A DNA stretch of 64,000 nt from Candidatus Paceibacter sp. GTDB lineage: Bacteria > Patescibacteriota > Patescibacteriia > Magasanikbacterales > UBA922. Below are positions 28,051-37,019 of the stretch, one piece after another. Position 1 is the first letter of the stretch. Every line of letters starts with the position of its first letter. The stretch lies in contig DYFM01000001.1 of assembly GCA_020725175.1 (NCBI GenBank), forward strand, positions 1,504 to 65,503. Direction: 5' to 3'. The notes under the pieces were generated by a model. That model was not told where the DNA came from. It saw only the letters and a list, made by a program, of their open reading frames with translations, and made no database searches. The translations under genes and the position numbers were made by a program.

Positions 28051-28108
28051 CGAAATATCGAAATAACGAAATAGCGAAATAAAGAAATGAAGAAATAACG
28101 AAATACAA
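28051..28108. repeat. Tandem heptanucleotide array (CGAAATA-like x ~8) downstream of parB; same family as 5471-5517
   Basis: cgaaatatcgaaataacgaaatagcgaaataaagaaatgaagaaataacgaaatac, preceded by catactcga. Confidence 0.85.
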
Positions 28109-28153
28109 AATAGTAAAGTTTACTTTTAAGAACTTTTATTCACCTGAAAAAAT

Positions 28154-28522
28154 ATGCCTACCGATTATAGTGTCGAAACATACCCTTTAACCTCTTCGGG
28201 ACAACTCGCTGAAGTAACGATGCAAAGCACGATGTTTTCTTGGGCTTCTGTAGTTCTTGGTTTAATTGGTGTTTTGGTGATGGTACTCTATCTAGTTTTA
28301 TGGATTTATATGATTGTTGATGTGATCCGAAGAGATGATTTGAAAGAGAGTAAGTTGTTGTGGATTGTATTGTTTTTGTTTATCGCTCCGGTGGGGATGG
28401 TGGCGTATGGATTTGTGGAAGGGAAAAAGAAGTTAGGTTGGCTTTCGCTCGCACCGATTATCGTTTTCCCTCTTTTGTTGTCTTTGTATGCTATCGCTGG
28501 GTTTGTGATAAAAAATGGTTAG
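28154..28522 (+). CDS. Small membrane protein (resembles the PLD-nuclease N-terminal (PLDc_N) family)
   Basis: 122 aa, three TM helices; WIYMIVDVIRRDDLKESKLLWIVLFLFIAPVGMVAY; family assignment not verified. Confidence 0.4.
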   Translation: MPTDYSVETYPLTSSGQLAEVTMQSTMFSWASVVLGLIGVLVMVLYLVLWIYMIVDVIRRDDLKESKLLWIVLFLFIAPVGMVAYGFVEGKKKLGWLSLAPIIVFPLLLSLYAIAGFVIKNG

Positions 28523-28550
28523 AAAAGAAAAGTTCTAAATGAACTTGCCA

Positions 28551-28577
28551 AAAAACAGCCATCTGGCTGTTTTTTAT
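28551..28577 (+). terminator. Rho-independent terminator
   Basis: aacagccatctggctgtt hairpin followed by ttttt. Confidence 0.6.
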
Positions 28578-28658
28578 GATGAAGATGTCTCTATTTTTAT
28601 GACGAATTTCGCCTGCGGGCTCAATTCGTCACTCCACTAAATAAATAGACAAGGTTTT

Positions 28659-30134
28659 TTACTTCTTAGGTAAAACCATCTTCAACCAATCAGTCAAAGA
28701 AGATTTTTGTTGAGATTTAATGCGTGTTTTGGCGGTGTGGGTTTTGACAAATTTGAGCCAGTCTTGACTGGGACCTTTACGGTTTTTGTCAACAATGATT
28801 TCCACCACGTCACCATTTTTCAGTTCGGTATCAAGACTTACCATTTTATCGTTGACGCGAGCGGCGTTGCACTTGTTTCCAATGTCGGTATGAATGTGAT
28901 ATGCAAAATCAACCGGTGTCGCACCTTCCGGAAGGTCAATGACGTCACCCCCGGGGGTAAAGACAAAAATGCGGCTTTTCAAAAAATCAATCTTCATTTC
29001 TTCGAGATCAGACATGCGAGTGAGAATATCTTTTTGAATGTCGGCCAGTTCTTTGGCCCAGGCAATTTCTCGTTTTGGCATGCGTGTTCCACCTTCATCA
29101 TAATGCCAGTGGGCGGCAATACCAAATTCTGCTTGGTCGTGCATTTGTTGGGTGCGAATCTGAAACTCAACCACTTCACCGTTTTCAGCAAATACTGTGG
29201 TGTGGAGGGATTGATAGCCATTTGGTTTTGGTTGGGCGATGTAGTCTTTGATGCGCCCCTTCATAGGTTTCCAAAGTTTATGTAAAATTCCAAGAGTAGC
29301 GTAACAATCTCCCACATCCGGAACAATAATACGAATCGCAACGAGATCGTATATGCGGGCCACTTGTTCATCTTTTCGTTGTAGTTTTTGGTATAAACTG
29401 TAGAGACGTTTGTTTCTACCGTGAATGGAAATAAACGGAATGTTGGCTACTTCCAATTCCTTGCGAGCTTTTTCTTGTACGGTCTTTATATACTTCTCTT
29501 TTCCTTTGAGGCGTTCATCTCGAATACGTTTGGTTTCTTCGTACTGTTTTGGGTGAACGTACTTAAATGAAAGATCTTCCAATCTCCCTTTCATTTCATC
29601 CATACCAAGTCGATTGGCAATCGGAGCGTAAATTTCCAAACTTTCCAGTGCGATTCGGTACTGTTTTTGTGGCGGAAGTGCGTCGAGACTTTCGAGGTTG
29701 TTTATTCGATCGGCAAATTTGATAATCATCACTCGCACATCTTCAGCCATGGCAACAAACATTTTTCGTAGATTTTCAATATAGCGTTCCACTCCGCGAT
29801 ACTTTAGTTTTCCGAGTTTGGTAATTCCTTTGACCAGGTTGGCAATTTCACTTCCAAAGTTTTGTTCGATTTCTTCAAGGGTAACCGGTGTGTCCTCCGG
29901 AACATCATGAAGAAGGGTGGCGATAATAATGGTAGGGTCAATGCGCATTTCCGCGAGAAGATGGGCGGCACCAAGGGGGTGGATAATGTATGGTTCACCA
30001 CTTTTTCTCATCTGTCCTTCATGAGCCTGTTTGGCAAATTCATAGGTCAATTTGATCATGTCAAAGTCAGCCTCTGGGTCGTAGGCCTGTATTTTCTTGA
30101 TTAGTCCGTCAATTGTCTGCTTTCTGGTTGACAT
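28659..30134 (-). CDS. rel: Bifunctional (p)ppGpp synthetase/hydrolase, short Rel/SpoT form (HD + synthetase + TGS, no ACT)
   Basis: HD motif TLLHDVPEDT; synthetase ...DLVAIRIIV...KDYIAQPKPNGYQSLHTTV; C-terminal TGS ...FTPGGDVIDLPEGATPVDFAYHIHTDIG.... Confidence 0.85.
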   Translation of the reverse strand: MSTRKQTIDGLIKKIQAYDPEADFDMIKLTYEFAKQAHEGQMRKSGEPYIIHPLGAAHLLAEMRIDPTIIIATLLHDVPEDTPVTLEEIEQNFGSEIANLVKGITKLGKLKYRGVERYIENLRKMFVAMAEDVRVMIIKFADRINNLESLDALPPQKQYRIALESLEIYAPIANRLGMDEMKGRLEDLSFKYVHPKQYEETKRIRDERLKGKEKYIKTVQEKARKELEVANIPFISIHGRNKRLYSLYQKLQRKDEQVARIYDLVAIRIIVPDVGDCYATLGILHKLWKPMKGRIKDYIAQPKPNGYQSLHTTVFAENGEVVEFQIRTQQMHDQAEFGIAAHWHYDEGGTRMPKREIAWAKELADIQKDILTRMSDLEEMKIDFLKSRIFVFTPGGDVIDLPEGATPVDFAYHIHTDIGNKCNAARVNDKMVSLDTELKNGDVVEIIVDKNRKGPSQDWLKFVKTHTAKTRIKSQQKSSLTDWLKMVLPKK

Positions 30135-30223
30135 AAATTGCCTACATTAAGAGAAAATACCTCCACAGGTAGTGCAGGTATTGTAACGGAAGGCGGGATA
30201 GTTTGCAAGTCCGGACGCAAAGT

Positions 30224-32515
30224 TTAGGAGCTTTTTTTTCTCCGTACAAATTTCCGTTTTGGTTTTTTGGCTGACTCTTCAAGAAGTTGTTGACAGGTTT
30301 CAAGATCGAGAGATTCAGGTTCGGTATCTTTTGGAATTTTGGCATTCGTTGTACCGTCGGTGATGTAGGGTCCATAGCGTCCAACTTTGACAATAATGGT
30401 TGTACCAGGAAATTCCTTAATCAGTGACTTTGCTTCGGCATCCTTTTTTTCTTGGATTACCTCCTTGGCACGTTCAAGAGTAAGAGTGTAGGGATCATCT
30501 TGTTTAAGACTGTAGTATGTTTTTCCTACTTGTACATACGGACCAAAGCGACCGATATTTACTTTAATATCTCGGCCTTCCTCATCTTGACCAAGAACTT
30601 TTGGTAAAGAAAGATATTCGAGTGCTTGTTCAAACGTGACTTCGTTTACTGACATACCTTTTGGAAGGGAAGCAAAGACCGGTTTTTCTTCATCGTCTTT
30701 CGAGCCCCGTTGCACAAACGGTCCATATCGACCCACCCGCGCGTAAATAGGTTTACCTGTTTTTGGATCAGTACCGAGTTCTCGCATTTCTATCACGTCT
30801 TCTTTGGTCAGTTCTTCGTTTTTGGTTTCAATTGTTTCGTGAAATGGCGCGTAAAATTCTTGCACCACCGGTTGCCATTCTTTATTTCCTTCGGCAATAT
30901 CATCAAGATCAGCCTCCATTTTGGCAGTAAAAGAATAATCAACGATGGTTGGAAAATGTTCTACCAAAAGATCATTCACTAAAAAAGCAATGTCAGTTGG
31001 TTTTAGACGTTTATTATCGTCACGCTCCACGTAATTGCGAGCTTCTATCGTGGAAATAGTTGGCGCGTACGTAGAAGGACGACCAATACCATGTTCTTCG
31101 AGCGCTTTCACGAGTGTCGCATCTGAGTATCGAGCTGGTGGTTCAGTAAAATGTTGCTCAGGTTTAAGTTCTTGACAATAGAGCGACTGTCCTTCGGCAA
31201 GTTTTGGTAATGTTTCTTCTCGGATAGACTCCGGATAAAGTTTGAGCCAACCTGGGAACACGACCATTTGTCCGGCAGCGCGAAACGTATACTTCTTCGC
31301 GGAAATATCGATTGATGTTTTATCCATGCGTGCTTCTTTCATTTGAGTTGCTACTGCCCGTTTCCAGATAAGTGTGTAGAGTTTCAACTGTTGTGGCGTA
31401 AGGTATGGTGCAACTGTTTCAGGAGTACGCTCGGGATGGGTTGGTCGTATTGCTTCATGAGCTTCTTGAGCGCCTTTGGATTTTGTTTTATAGCGGCGGA
31501 ATGTGTCAACGGTATAATCTGTTCCGTATGTTTGTTTGATAAACTGAGTTGTTTCTTGCAAAAATTGATCAGATAAATTCATGGAGTCAGTTCGCATGTA
31601 GGTGATAAGACCCACTTGACCCTCGTCTCCGACTTTAATTCCTTCGTAGAGTTGTTGCGCAAGACGCATGGTTTGCTTGGAAGAATAGCCAAATTTTTGG
31701 TTGGCGTTTTGTTGCAATGTTGACGTGGTAAATGGTGGGGGAGGAACACGTTTGGCCTCTTTTTTGGTAATTGCGGAAATGGTGTATGCCACTTCTTTGA
31801 GATCAGCTACAATAGCCTCAACTTGCTCTTGGTTTGGCAAATCTAATTTTTTGAGAGATGTACCATTAATGGCGTGTAGTTTAGCTTTGATTGGTTGTTC
31901 AGAAATCTGTTTTGATTCTGAAAAGAGAGCGTCTATGGTCCAGTATTCTACCGGAATGAAGGCTTGAATTTCTCGTTCTCGTTCCACAATAAGACGAACC
32001 GCTACCGACTGTACGCGTCCGGCCGATAGCCCTCTCGCTACTTTTTTCCAGAGCAATGGAGAAAGTTCATATCCCACCAACCGGTCAACAATCCGTCGTG
32101 TTTGCTGCGCGTCTACCAGTTGTTGATTGATGTGGCGAGGATGTTGTAAGGCTTCGTCAATTGCTCGTTTGGTAATTTCATGAAATACAATGCGCTTGGC
32201 TTTTTCCGGTGGAATGTCAAAAATTTCTGCCAAATGCCAGGCAATTGCTTCTCCTTCTCGATCCTCATCGCTTGCGAATATGACTTCCTCTGCAGTCTTG
32301 GCTTTTGCTTTAAGTTCTTTTACTTGCGCAGTTTTGTCTTTGGGTATAGTATATGTAGGAAGGAACGTGTTGTTTTCTATATCTATCCCCATCTTACTTT
32401 TTGGCAGATCTCGCACATGTCCAAAAGAAGAAGTAACAGAATATTTACTGCCGAGAAATTTGGAAATAGTTTTTGCTTTGGTAGGGGATTCTACAATAAC
32501 TAACGTTTTTGCCAT
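30224..32515 (-). CDS. topA: DNA topoisomerase I
   Basis: 763 aa; MAKTLVIVESPTKAKTISKFLG (TOPRIM), ...RTDSMNLS... region with catalytic Tyr, C-terminal repeated GRYGPY/GRFGPY topo-C repeats. Confidence 0.9.
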   Translation of the reverse strand: MAKTLVIVESPTKAKTISKFLGSKYSVTSSFGHVRDLPKSKMGIDIENNTFLPTYTIPKDKTAQVKELKAKAKTAEEVIFASDEDREGEAIAWHLAEIFDIPPEKAKRIVFHEITKRAIDEALQHPRHINQQLVDAQQTRRIVDRLVGYELSPLLWKKVARGLSAGRVQSVAVRLIVEREREIQAFIPVEYWTIDALFSESKQISEQPIKAKLHAINGTSLKKLDLPNQEQVEAIVADLKEVAYTISAITKKEAKRVPPPPFTTSTLQQNANQKFGYSSKQTMRLAQQLYEGIKVGDEGQVGLITYMRTDSMNLSDQFLQETTQFIKQTYGTDYTVDTFRRYKTKSKGAQEAHEAIRPTHPERTPETVAPYLTPQQLKLYTLIWKRAVATQMKEARMDKTSIDISAKKYTFRAAGQMVVFPGWLKLYPESIREETLPKLAEGQSLYCQELKPEQHFTEPPARYSDATLVKALEEHGIGRPSTYAPTISTIEARNYVERDDNKRLKPTDIAFLVNDLLVEHFPTIVDYSFTAKMEADLDDIAEGNKEWQPVVQEFYAPFHETIETKNEELTKEDVIEMRELGTDPKTGKPIYARVGRYGPFVQRGSKDDEEKPVFASLPKGMSVNEVTFEQALEYLSLPKVLGQDEEGRDIKVNIGRFGPYVQVGKTYYSLKQDDPYTLTLERAKEVIQEKKDAEAKSLIKEFPGTTIIVKVGRYGPYITDGTTNAKIPKDTEPESLDLETCQQLLEESAKKPKRKFVRRKKSS

Positions 32516-32580
32516 ACAATCTTTTATTTATAATCGGAAGGTATAGTACTCAAGATACTGCCTTCTGTCAAACTATAGAT

Positions 32581-32805
32581 ATGAGTGAACAATATATTGA
32601 TCCAGTAAGTAGGGATCCTGAGAGTCATGGATATGTTCTTTGTCGAACTGAAGAAGTGAGATTAGAACTTAGATTTATGGATGGTGCTGTGCTTCCATCG
32701 GATAGACCAGGGCATGTGTATGTTTTAGCTGAACTGTTAAACCTTTCTTCTGATAATTCTGATAACACTACAGCTGAAGGGGGAGAGACAAAAAAAGCTG
32801 CATAA
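32581..32805 (+). CDS. Small hypothetical protein (75 aa) between convergent/co-directional minus-strand genes
   Basis: ORF MSEQYIDPVSRDPESHGYVLCRTEEV...; no motif; could be non-coding spacer. Confidence 0.2.
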   Translation: MSEQYIDPVSRDPESHGYVLCRTEEVRLELRFMDGAVLPSDRPGHVYVLAELLNLSSDNSDNTTAEGGETKKAA

Positions 32806-32809
32806 TACT

Positions 32810-34117
32810 TTAGCGACGTAACTCTCCACTCAAAAAAATCGATCCGGTAACTAAAATAATATCTTGTTTCTTGGCTTGAGACTTACTCCAATGAAGCGCT
32901 TCCTGTGGTTCTAGAAATACGTTCGTAGTTGTTTTTGGAAGAATTTTTTTCACAATGCGTTCCATGATAATCGGTGACATAACTTTTCGAAACGCATTAC
33001 TGGTATTTCTGGTACACGCCACACTCACCGGTTGAAGACTGGTGAGTTTTTTTATCATGGATGTTGTATCTTTGTTTTCAGAAAATCCGAGTACAAGATG
33101 AATTCGTTGATTTTTCTTTTTCATAGACAAAATAGTTTCAACCGAAGATTTGATTTTATCAGCATTGTGTGCGCCATCGAGAATGATAGTGGGGGAATGT
33201 TGAACCACTTCCATGCGTAATGGTTGGGTTGCGCGTTGTAATCCGGTTTGAATTGCTTTGGTTGAGCAACCAAGATATTCCGCTACATCAATCGCCAGCG
33301 CAGCGTTGGTGGTTTGGTGGATACCGGGCGCTTGGATTGCGTATGTTTTATTATTGTACTTAAACCGTTGACCAGTGATCGTGCGAGAAATAACCGTTGG
33401 AGGGGTGGTAGGAGTAAAAAGAATTGAACGACCGGAGACTTTTCTCCATTCTTTGGTAAAAATTGATTGCAATCGTTTATTTTTTTCTCCTATAAATACC
33501 GCACTATCTTTCATAATGATCCCGGCTTTTTCGTAAGCGATTTTTTCTTTGGTATCTCCAAGTATTTCTGTATGATCAAGCCCGATATTGGTAATGATGG
33601 CGACATCTTTCCATGGTAAAATGTTGGTAGAATCGTATCTTCCCCCACATCCTACTTCTACTACCGCCCATTCAACTTTTTTTTGTGCAAAATAATACAG
33701 AGCAATGGCCGTGGTTATTTCAAAAAAAGAAACCATGTCGTATGGGCTGGTTCGAACGTACTGATCAAGAACCGGCTTAAACGTTTCAACGATCTGAATA
33801 AATTCTCGTTCACTCATGTTTTTGTCATTGGTTCTCCAACGTTCCGTTAACTTGGTAGGGTGTGGTGAGGTAGTCAATCCAACTTTTTTCCCATCCGCAA
33901 CGAGAATGTTGTGCAGGTAGGTAGAAACTGATCCTTTTCCACTGGTACCGGTGACATGAATATAATGAGGAATTTGTTTTTCCGGGTTTCCTAGAAGATC
34001 AAGGAGGAATTGCATGCGCTTCAAGTAGACGCCGCACGCATGTGGATCATTCATGTATTCCTGGCGGGGGAGATTTGAGAGGGAGAGGAGGAATTGTTCG
34101 GCCTGTTGATAATTCAT
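32810..34117 (-). CDS. Mur ligase family protein (FolC-like folylpolyglutamate synthase)
   Basis: P-loop HVTGTSGKGSVS, central and C-terminal Mur-ligase domains; 435 aa fits FolC. Confidence 0.65.
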   Translation of the reverse strand: MNYQQAEQFLLSLSNLPRQEYMNDPHACGVYLKRMQFLLDLLGNPEKQIPHYIHVTGTSGKGSVSTYLHNILVADGKKVGLTTSPHPTKLTERWRTNDKNMSEREFIQIVETFKPVLDQYVRTSPYDMVSFFEITTAIALYYFAQKKVEWAVVEVGCGGRYDSTNILPWKDVAIITNIGLDHTEILGDTKEKIAYEKAGIIMKDSAVFIGEKNKRLQSIFTKEWRKVSGRSILFTPTTPPTVISRTITGQRFKYNNKTYAIQAPGIHQTTNAALAIDVAEYLGCSTKAIQTGLQRATQPLRMEVVQHSPTIILDGAHNADKIKSSVETILSMKKKNQRIHLVLGFSENKDTTSMIKKLTSLQPVSVACTRNTSNAFRKVMSPIIMERIVKKILPKTTTNVFLEPQEALHWSKSQAKKQDIILVTGSIFLSGELRR

Positions 34118-34129
34118 ATAGGTGTTTTA

Positions 34130-34168
34130 GTTGTCAGGTTTGCAAGTTTGCAGGTTAACAAGTTGGTG
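34130..34168. repeat. Left inverted repeat flanking the four-helix-bundle gene
   Basis: gttgtcaggtttgcaagtttgcaggttaacaagttgg; rc resembles right flank caaacttgccaacctgccaacctgtcaacttgcaaac. Confidence 0.6.
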
Positions 34169-34180
34169 TATTGAAACGTT

Positions 34181-34540
34181 TTACTTTTGAACATTAATCC
34201 AGCCACGTAACGTTCTGCCGGTTTCATTACAGTGTTTAGACAATTCTTGATATGTTTCTAACGGTAAGTATTTCAGATCATAGCTTAATAGAAGGAAATA
34301 TTTTACTTCTTCTAGTGAGCTCATGGCTACTTCATAAAAACGAAGGCTTTCTTTTGTAGTGTTTCGGTAAAATCCTTCAACGATATTGGCTGCTACTGAT
34401 ATCATTGCTCGGCGCATTTGGGATGTTACACCATACAATTCTTCCTTTGGAAAATTTCTCGTAACTTTGTATATTTCAAGAACTGTCTTATGTGCCATTT
34501 GCCAGGCTTTAATATCCTGAAAACGCGTTATTGTCGGCAT
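34181..34540 (-). CDS. Four-helix-bundle protein (23S rRNA intervening-sequence protein family)
   Basis: MPTITRFQDIKAWQMAHKTVLEIYKVTRNFPKEELYGVTSQMRRAMISVAANIVEGF... matches the conserved DL[KR]VWQ...E.[YF]GL..Q[ML]RRA..S...NI.EG motif as I recall it. Confidence 0.6.
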   Translation of the reverse strand: MPTITRFQDIKAWQMAHKTVLEIYKVTRNFPKEELYGVTSQMRRAMISVAANIVEGFYRNTTKESLRFYEVAMSSLEEVKYFLLLSYDLKYLPLETYQELSKHCNETGRTLRGWINVQK

Positions 34541-34569
34541 ACTATGAAAAATTACTAGAAACATGTTAA

Positions 34570-34615
34570 GTTACAAACTTGCCAACCTGCCAACCTGTCA
34601 ACTTGCAAACTCCAA
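34570..34615. repeat. Right inverted repeat flanking the four-helix-bundle gene
   Basis: ttacaaacttgccaacctgccaacctgtcaacttgcaaactccaac. Confidence 0.6.
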
Positions 34616-34616
34616 C

Positions 34617-35702
34617 TCACCTACTCAACACATACATCATCCCACCTAAGTTTCTCACTTTTCCTTTCATCTCCATGAGTGTCATGGTGCCGTTGACGAC
34701 ATGACTGGCGAGGCCGGAGCGTTTGATAATGTTATCGATGTGGATAGGTTCACGAGAAAGGTGAGGAAGAATGGTGGCTTCAGTAGGAGAATCAGGGAGA
34801 ATTTCTTTCGATTCGACGAATTGTTGAATATTTTGTAAATTTAGTGCATCGAGGATGTCTTTGGCGGAGGTAACCGGTTTGGCTCCCATTTTGAGAAGAT
34901 TATTTGGTCCGATAGCGGTTGGAGACGTGATGTTTTGTGGTACCGCGAACACGTCTCGGTTGCTGTCGAGGCTGCATTGAGCGGTAATAAGAGCACCGGA
35001 ACTCTCACCGGCTTCGATGACAAGTGTCCCAAGTGACAGTCCGGCAATGATACGATTGCGGCGAGGAAAACTGAATTGGGTAGGAAGTGTTCCGGGGTGA
35101 TATTCTGAGAGTACTGCTCCACCGGCATCAATAATCCGTTCTGCCAAATGTTTGTGTGCGGCCGGATACAGATATTGATGATCTACTCCTCCCCCGAGAA
35201 CAGCAATCGTCACTCCGTTGGCGCGAATGGTGGCTTCATGAGCAATACCATCAATCCCCAGTGCGAGACCGCTAATAATAGCTACTCCTTGTCGAGCGAG
35301 TTCACCAATCAGCTCTTCAGTGACTTGTTTTCCGTACGAAGTAAACTTTCTTGTCCCTACTACGCCGAGTGGAAAATCGAGTCGAGTGAGTGAGCCACGG
35401 ATAAACAGGCAAAAGGGCGGATCATAAATTTGTTTCAATAGTTCTGGGTATTCCGGGTCATCAAGTGTGACACAGTTAATGCCGGTATCGTTTAATCGTT
35501 TAATGATGAGTTCTTCATTGAGATTATCTTTCCAAATCAAAAATTCATGGATCAGATTGTCATCCCAGTGTAGTTTGGTTTTTATTTCATCAAAGTATGA
35601 GTTCCAAAACGCATTAACATCTGAAAAAGCGCTGCGGATATCTTGCCAGCGCTTGTTGGTGAGTTTGGGGAAGTGAGCGAGAAGAATTTCTTTTTTAAGC
35701 AT
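34617..35702 (-). CDS. dprA: DNA-processing protein DprA (Smf)
   Basis: ...GLALGIDGIAHEATIRANGVTIAVLGGGVDHQYP...IEAGESSGALITA... Rossmann-like DprA domain; ATG 35702 preferred over TTG 35732. Confidence 0.85.
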   Translation of the reverse strand: MLKKEILLAHFPKLTNKRWQDIRSAFSDVNAFWNSYFDEIKTKLHWDDNLIHEFLIWKDNLNEELIIKRLNDTGINCVTLDDPEYPELLKQIYDPPFCLFIRGSLTRLDFPLGVVGTRKFTSYGKQVTEELIGELARQGVAIISGLALGIDGIAHEATIRANGVTIAVLGGGVDHQYLYPAAHKHLAERIIDAGGAVLSEYHPGTLPTQFSFPRRNRIIAGLSLGTLVIEAGESSGALITAQCSLDSNRDVFAVPQNITSPTAIGPNNLLKMGAKPVTSAKDILDALNLQNIQQFVESKEILPDSPTEATILPHLSREPIHIDNIIKRSGLASHVVNGTMTLMEMKGKVRNLGGMMYVLSR

Positions 35703-35705
35703 AGT

Positions 35706-35770
35706 TTTTGGCAGTGTAGGCAGAATACGCAAAGTAAGTTTGTAAGCACCTTACGCGTATTCTGCCTACC
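35706..35770. repeat. Perfect 15-bp-arm hairpin (gtaggcagaatacgc...gcgtattctgcctac) related to the internal hairpin of the 175-bp repeat family
   Basis: Shares agtaagNtNgtaagca and gcagaata with copies at 22288/60321. Confidence 0.6.
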
Positions 35771-35797
35771 AGCTTATTGTGCATAATCTGCAACTAA

Positions 35798-36343
35798 CTA
35801 TGAAATAAGATCCAACACTTCAGTGGTTGCTTTTTTGATGGTTTCCTTTACTTTTCCTCTTTCAGTCAAACCAAATTTACCAAGAACAAATTTTGGTACA
35901 TCACTCATTTTTTTTTCATTTTCCGGGGCAATGCCAACTCGGACACGGGTAAAGTTTTGTGACTTGAGACATTCTATAATGGATTTAATTCCATTGTGTC
36001 CGGCATGTCCACGATCGCGTTGTACTTTAATATCACCTAGTTTGAGATCCTTGTCATCGTGTACCACGATGAGATCGTTGAGAGTGGCTTTATAAAATTG
36101 TCCAATGACTTGAACAGCGTGTCCGGAAGCATTCATGTAGGTCATTGGTTTGGCGAGAATTATTTTTTGATCACCAATGGTGCATCCGGCTACCACGGCA
36201 TTAAACTTTTTACTGAGCGACCATTCGTTGATGCCATGTTTTTCAAGTTCAGTATGGAGTTCATCTAGCACCATAAACCCGATATTGTGTCGGGTTTTCT
36301 CATACTTTTTGCCTGGATTGCCGAGACCGATGATGAGTTTCAT
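35798..36343 (-). CDS. pth: Peptidyl-tRNA hydrolase
   Basis: MKLIIGLGNPGKKYEKTRHNIGFMVLDEL canonical Pth N-terminus; catalytic His at MNASGHAV. Confidence 0.9.
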   Translation of the reverse strand: MKLIIGLGNPGKKYEKTRHNIGFMVLDELHTELEKHGINEWSLSKKFNAVVAGCTIGDQKIILAKPMTYMNASGHAVQVIGQFYKATLNDLIVVHDDKDLKLGDIKVQRDRGHAGHNGIKSIIECLKSQNFTRVRVGIAPENEKKMSDVPKFVLGKFGLTERGKVKETIKKATTEVLDLIS

Positions 36344-37014
36344 TGGGAAGGTTTTTTAATAATATGAAAAACTTTTATATATTTTACAACTGAGGGCATA
36401 GATCTAGAAAAGAAGATTTCGGCTATTTTCTCGTTCAGTGATGTGTTATTGGTCATTGTGTTTGCTTTTTCTGCTTCATTTTTTAAGAATGCCGTAATCT
36501 TCTCTTTTGTAATAATCTCTTCAATATTATGATTTTTGATTTTTGAATGTGTAAATGATGAATGAGTAAGAGATGAGCTTACGTGACCGCTTAATAAGAG
36601 AGCTAGTTCTGTTATAGATCTTTGTAATAATGAGGCTGGTATGTCATCTATCTCTTGTGAAGCAGAGTGTGTTTCTTTGGTTTGGTGGTGTTGAGTTAGT
36701 GTAGTGTCAGAAAGGAAAAGATGAGGCGATATATTCATTGTTTGGTTTCCTTGTTCCGTTTTCATTCTCTCTAATTCATCAACTAGTATCGATATTTCAT
36801 GTATAATGCTTTCAAAAGAAATGATTTGTTTTTTATCATGAGAGATTATGTTAACAACTCTTTTTAAGAAGTTGTGCCATGCTAGTGCTAGTAATTTGTC
36901 AGGAATGTCTTTGGTGTATGCATTAAAAATTTGTTGCTCTTTGATACTTAAACTAGACTCTTGATCTGGTAGTAATATTTCTAGTTTTGAATTACCGAAT
37001 AAAGAGAGTGACAT
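36340..37014 (-). CDS. Hypothetical protein
   Basis: 224-aa ORF co-directional between der and pth, 4-nt overlap with pth; Ser/Thr/His-rich, no motif. Confidence 0.4.
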   Translation of the reverse strand: MSLSLFGNSKLEILLPDQESSLSIKEQQIFNAYTKDIPDKLLALAWHNFLKRVVNIISHDKKQIISFESIIHEISILVDELERMKTEQGNQTMNISPHLFLSDTTLTQHHQTKETHSASQEIDDIPASLLQRSITELALLLSGHVSSSLTHSSFTHSKIKNHNIEEIITKEKITAFLKNEAEKANTMTNNTSLNEKIAEIFFSRSMPSVVKYIKVFHIIKKPSQ

Positions 37015-37019
37015 ATGTT

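Noticed and set aside
28707-29285. 192-aa plus-strand ORF
   Set aside because: Antisense inside the rel gene, which has clear HD and synthetase motifs.
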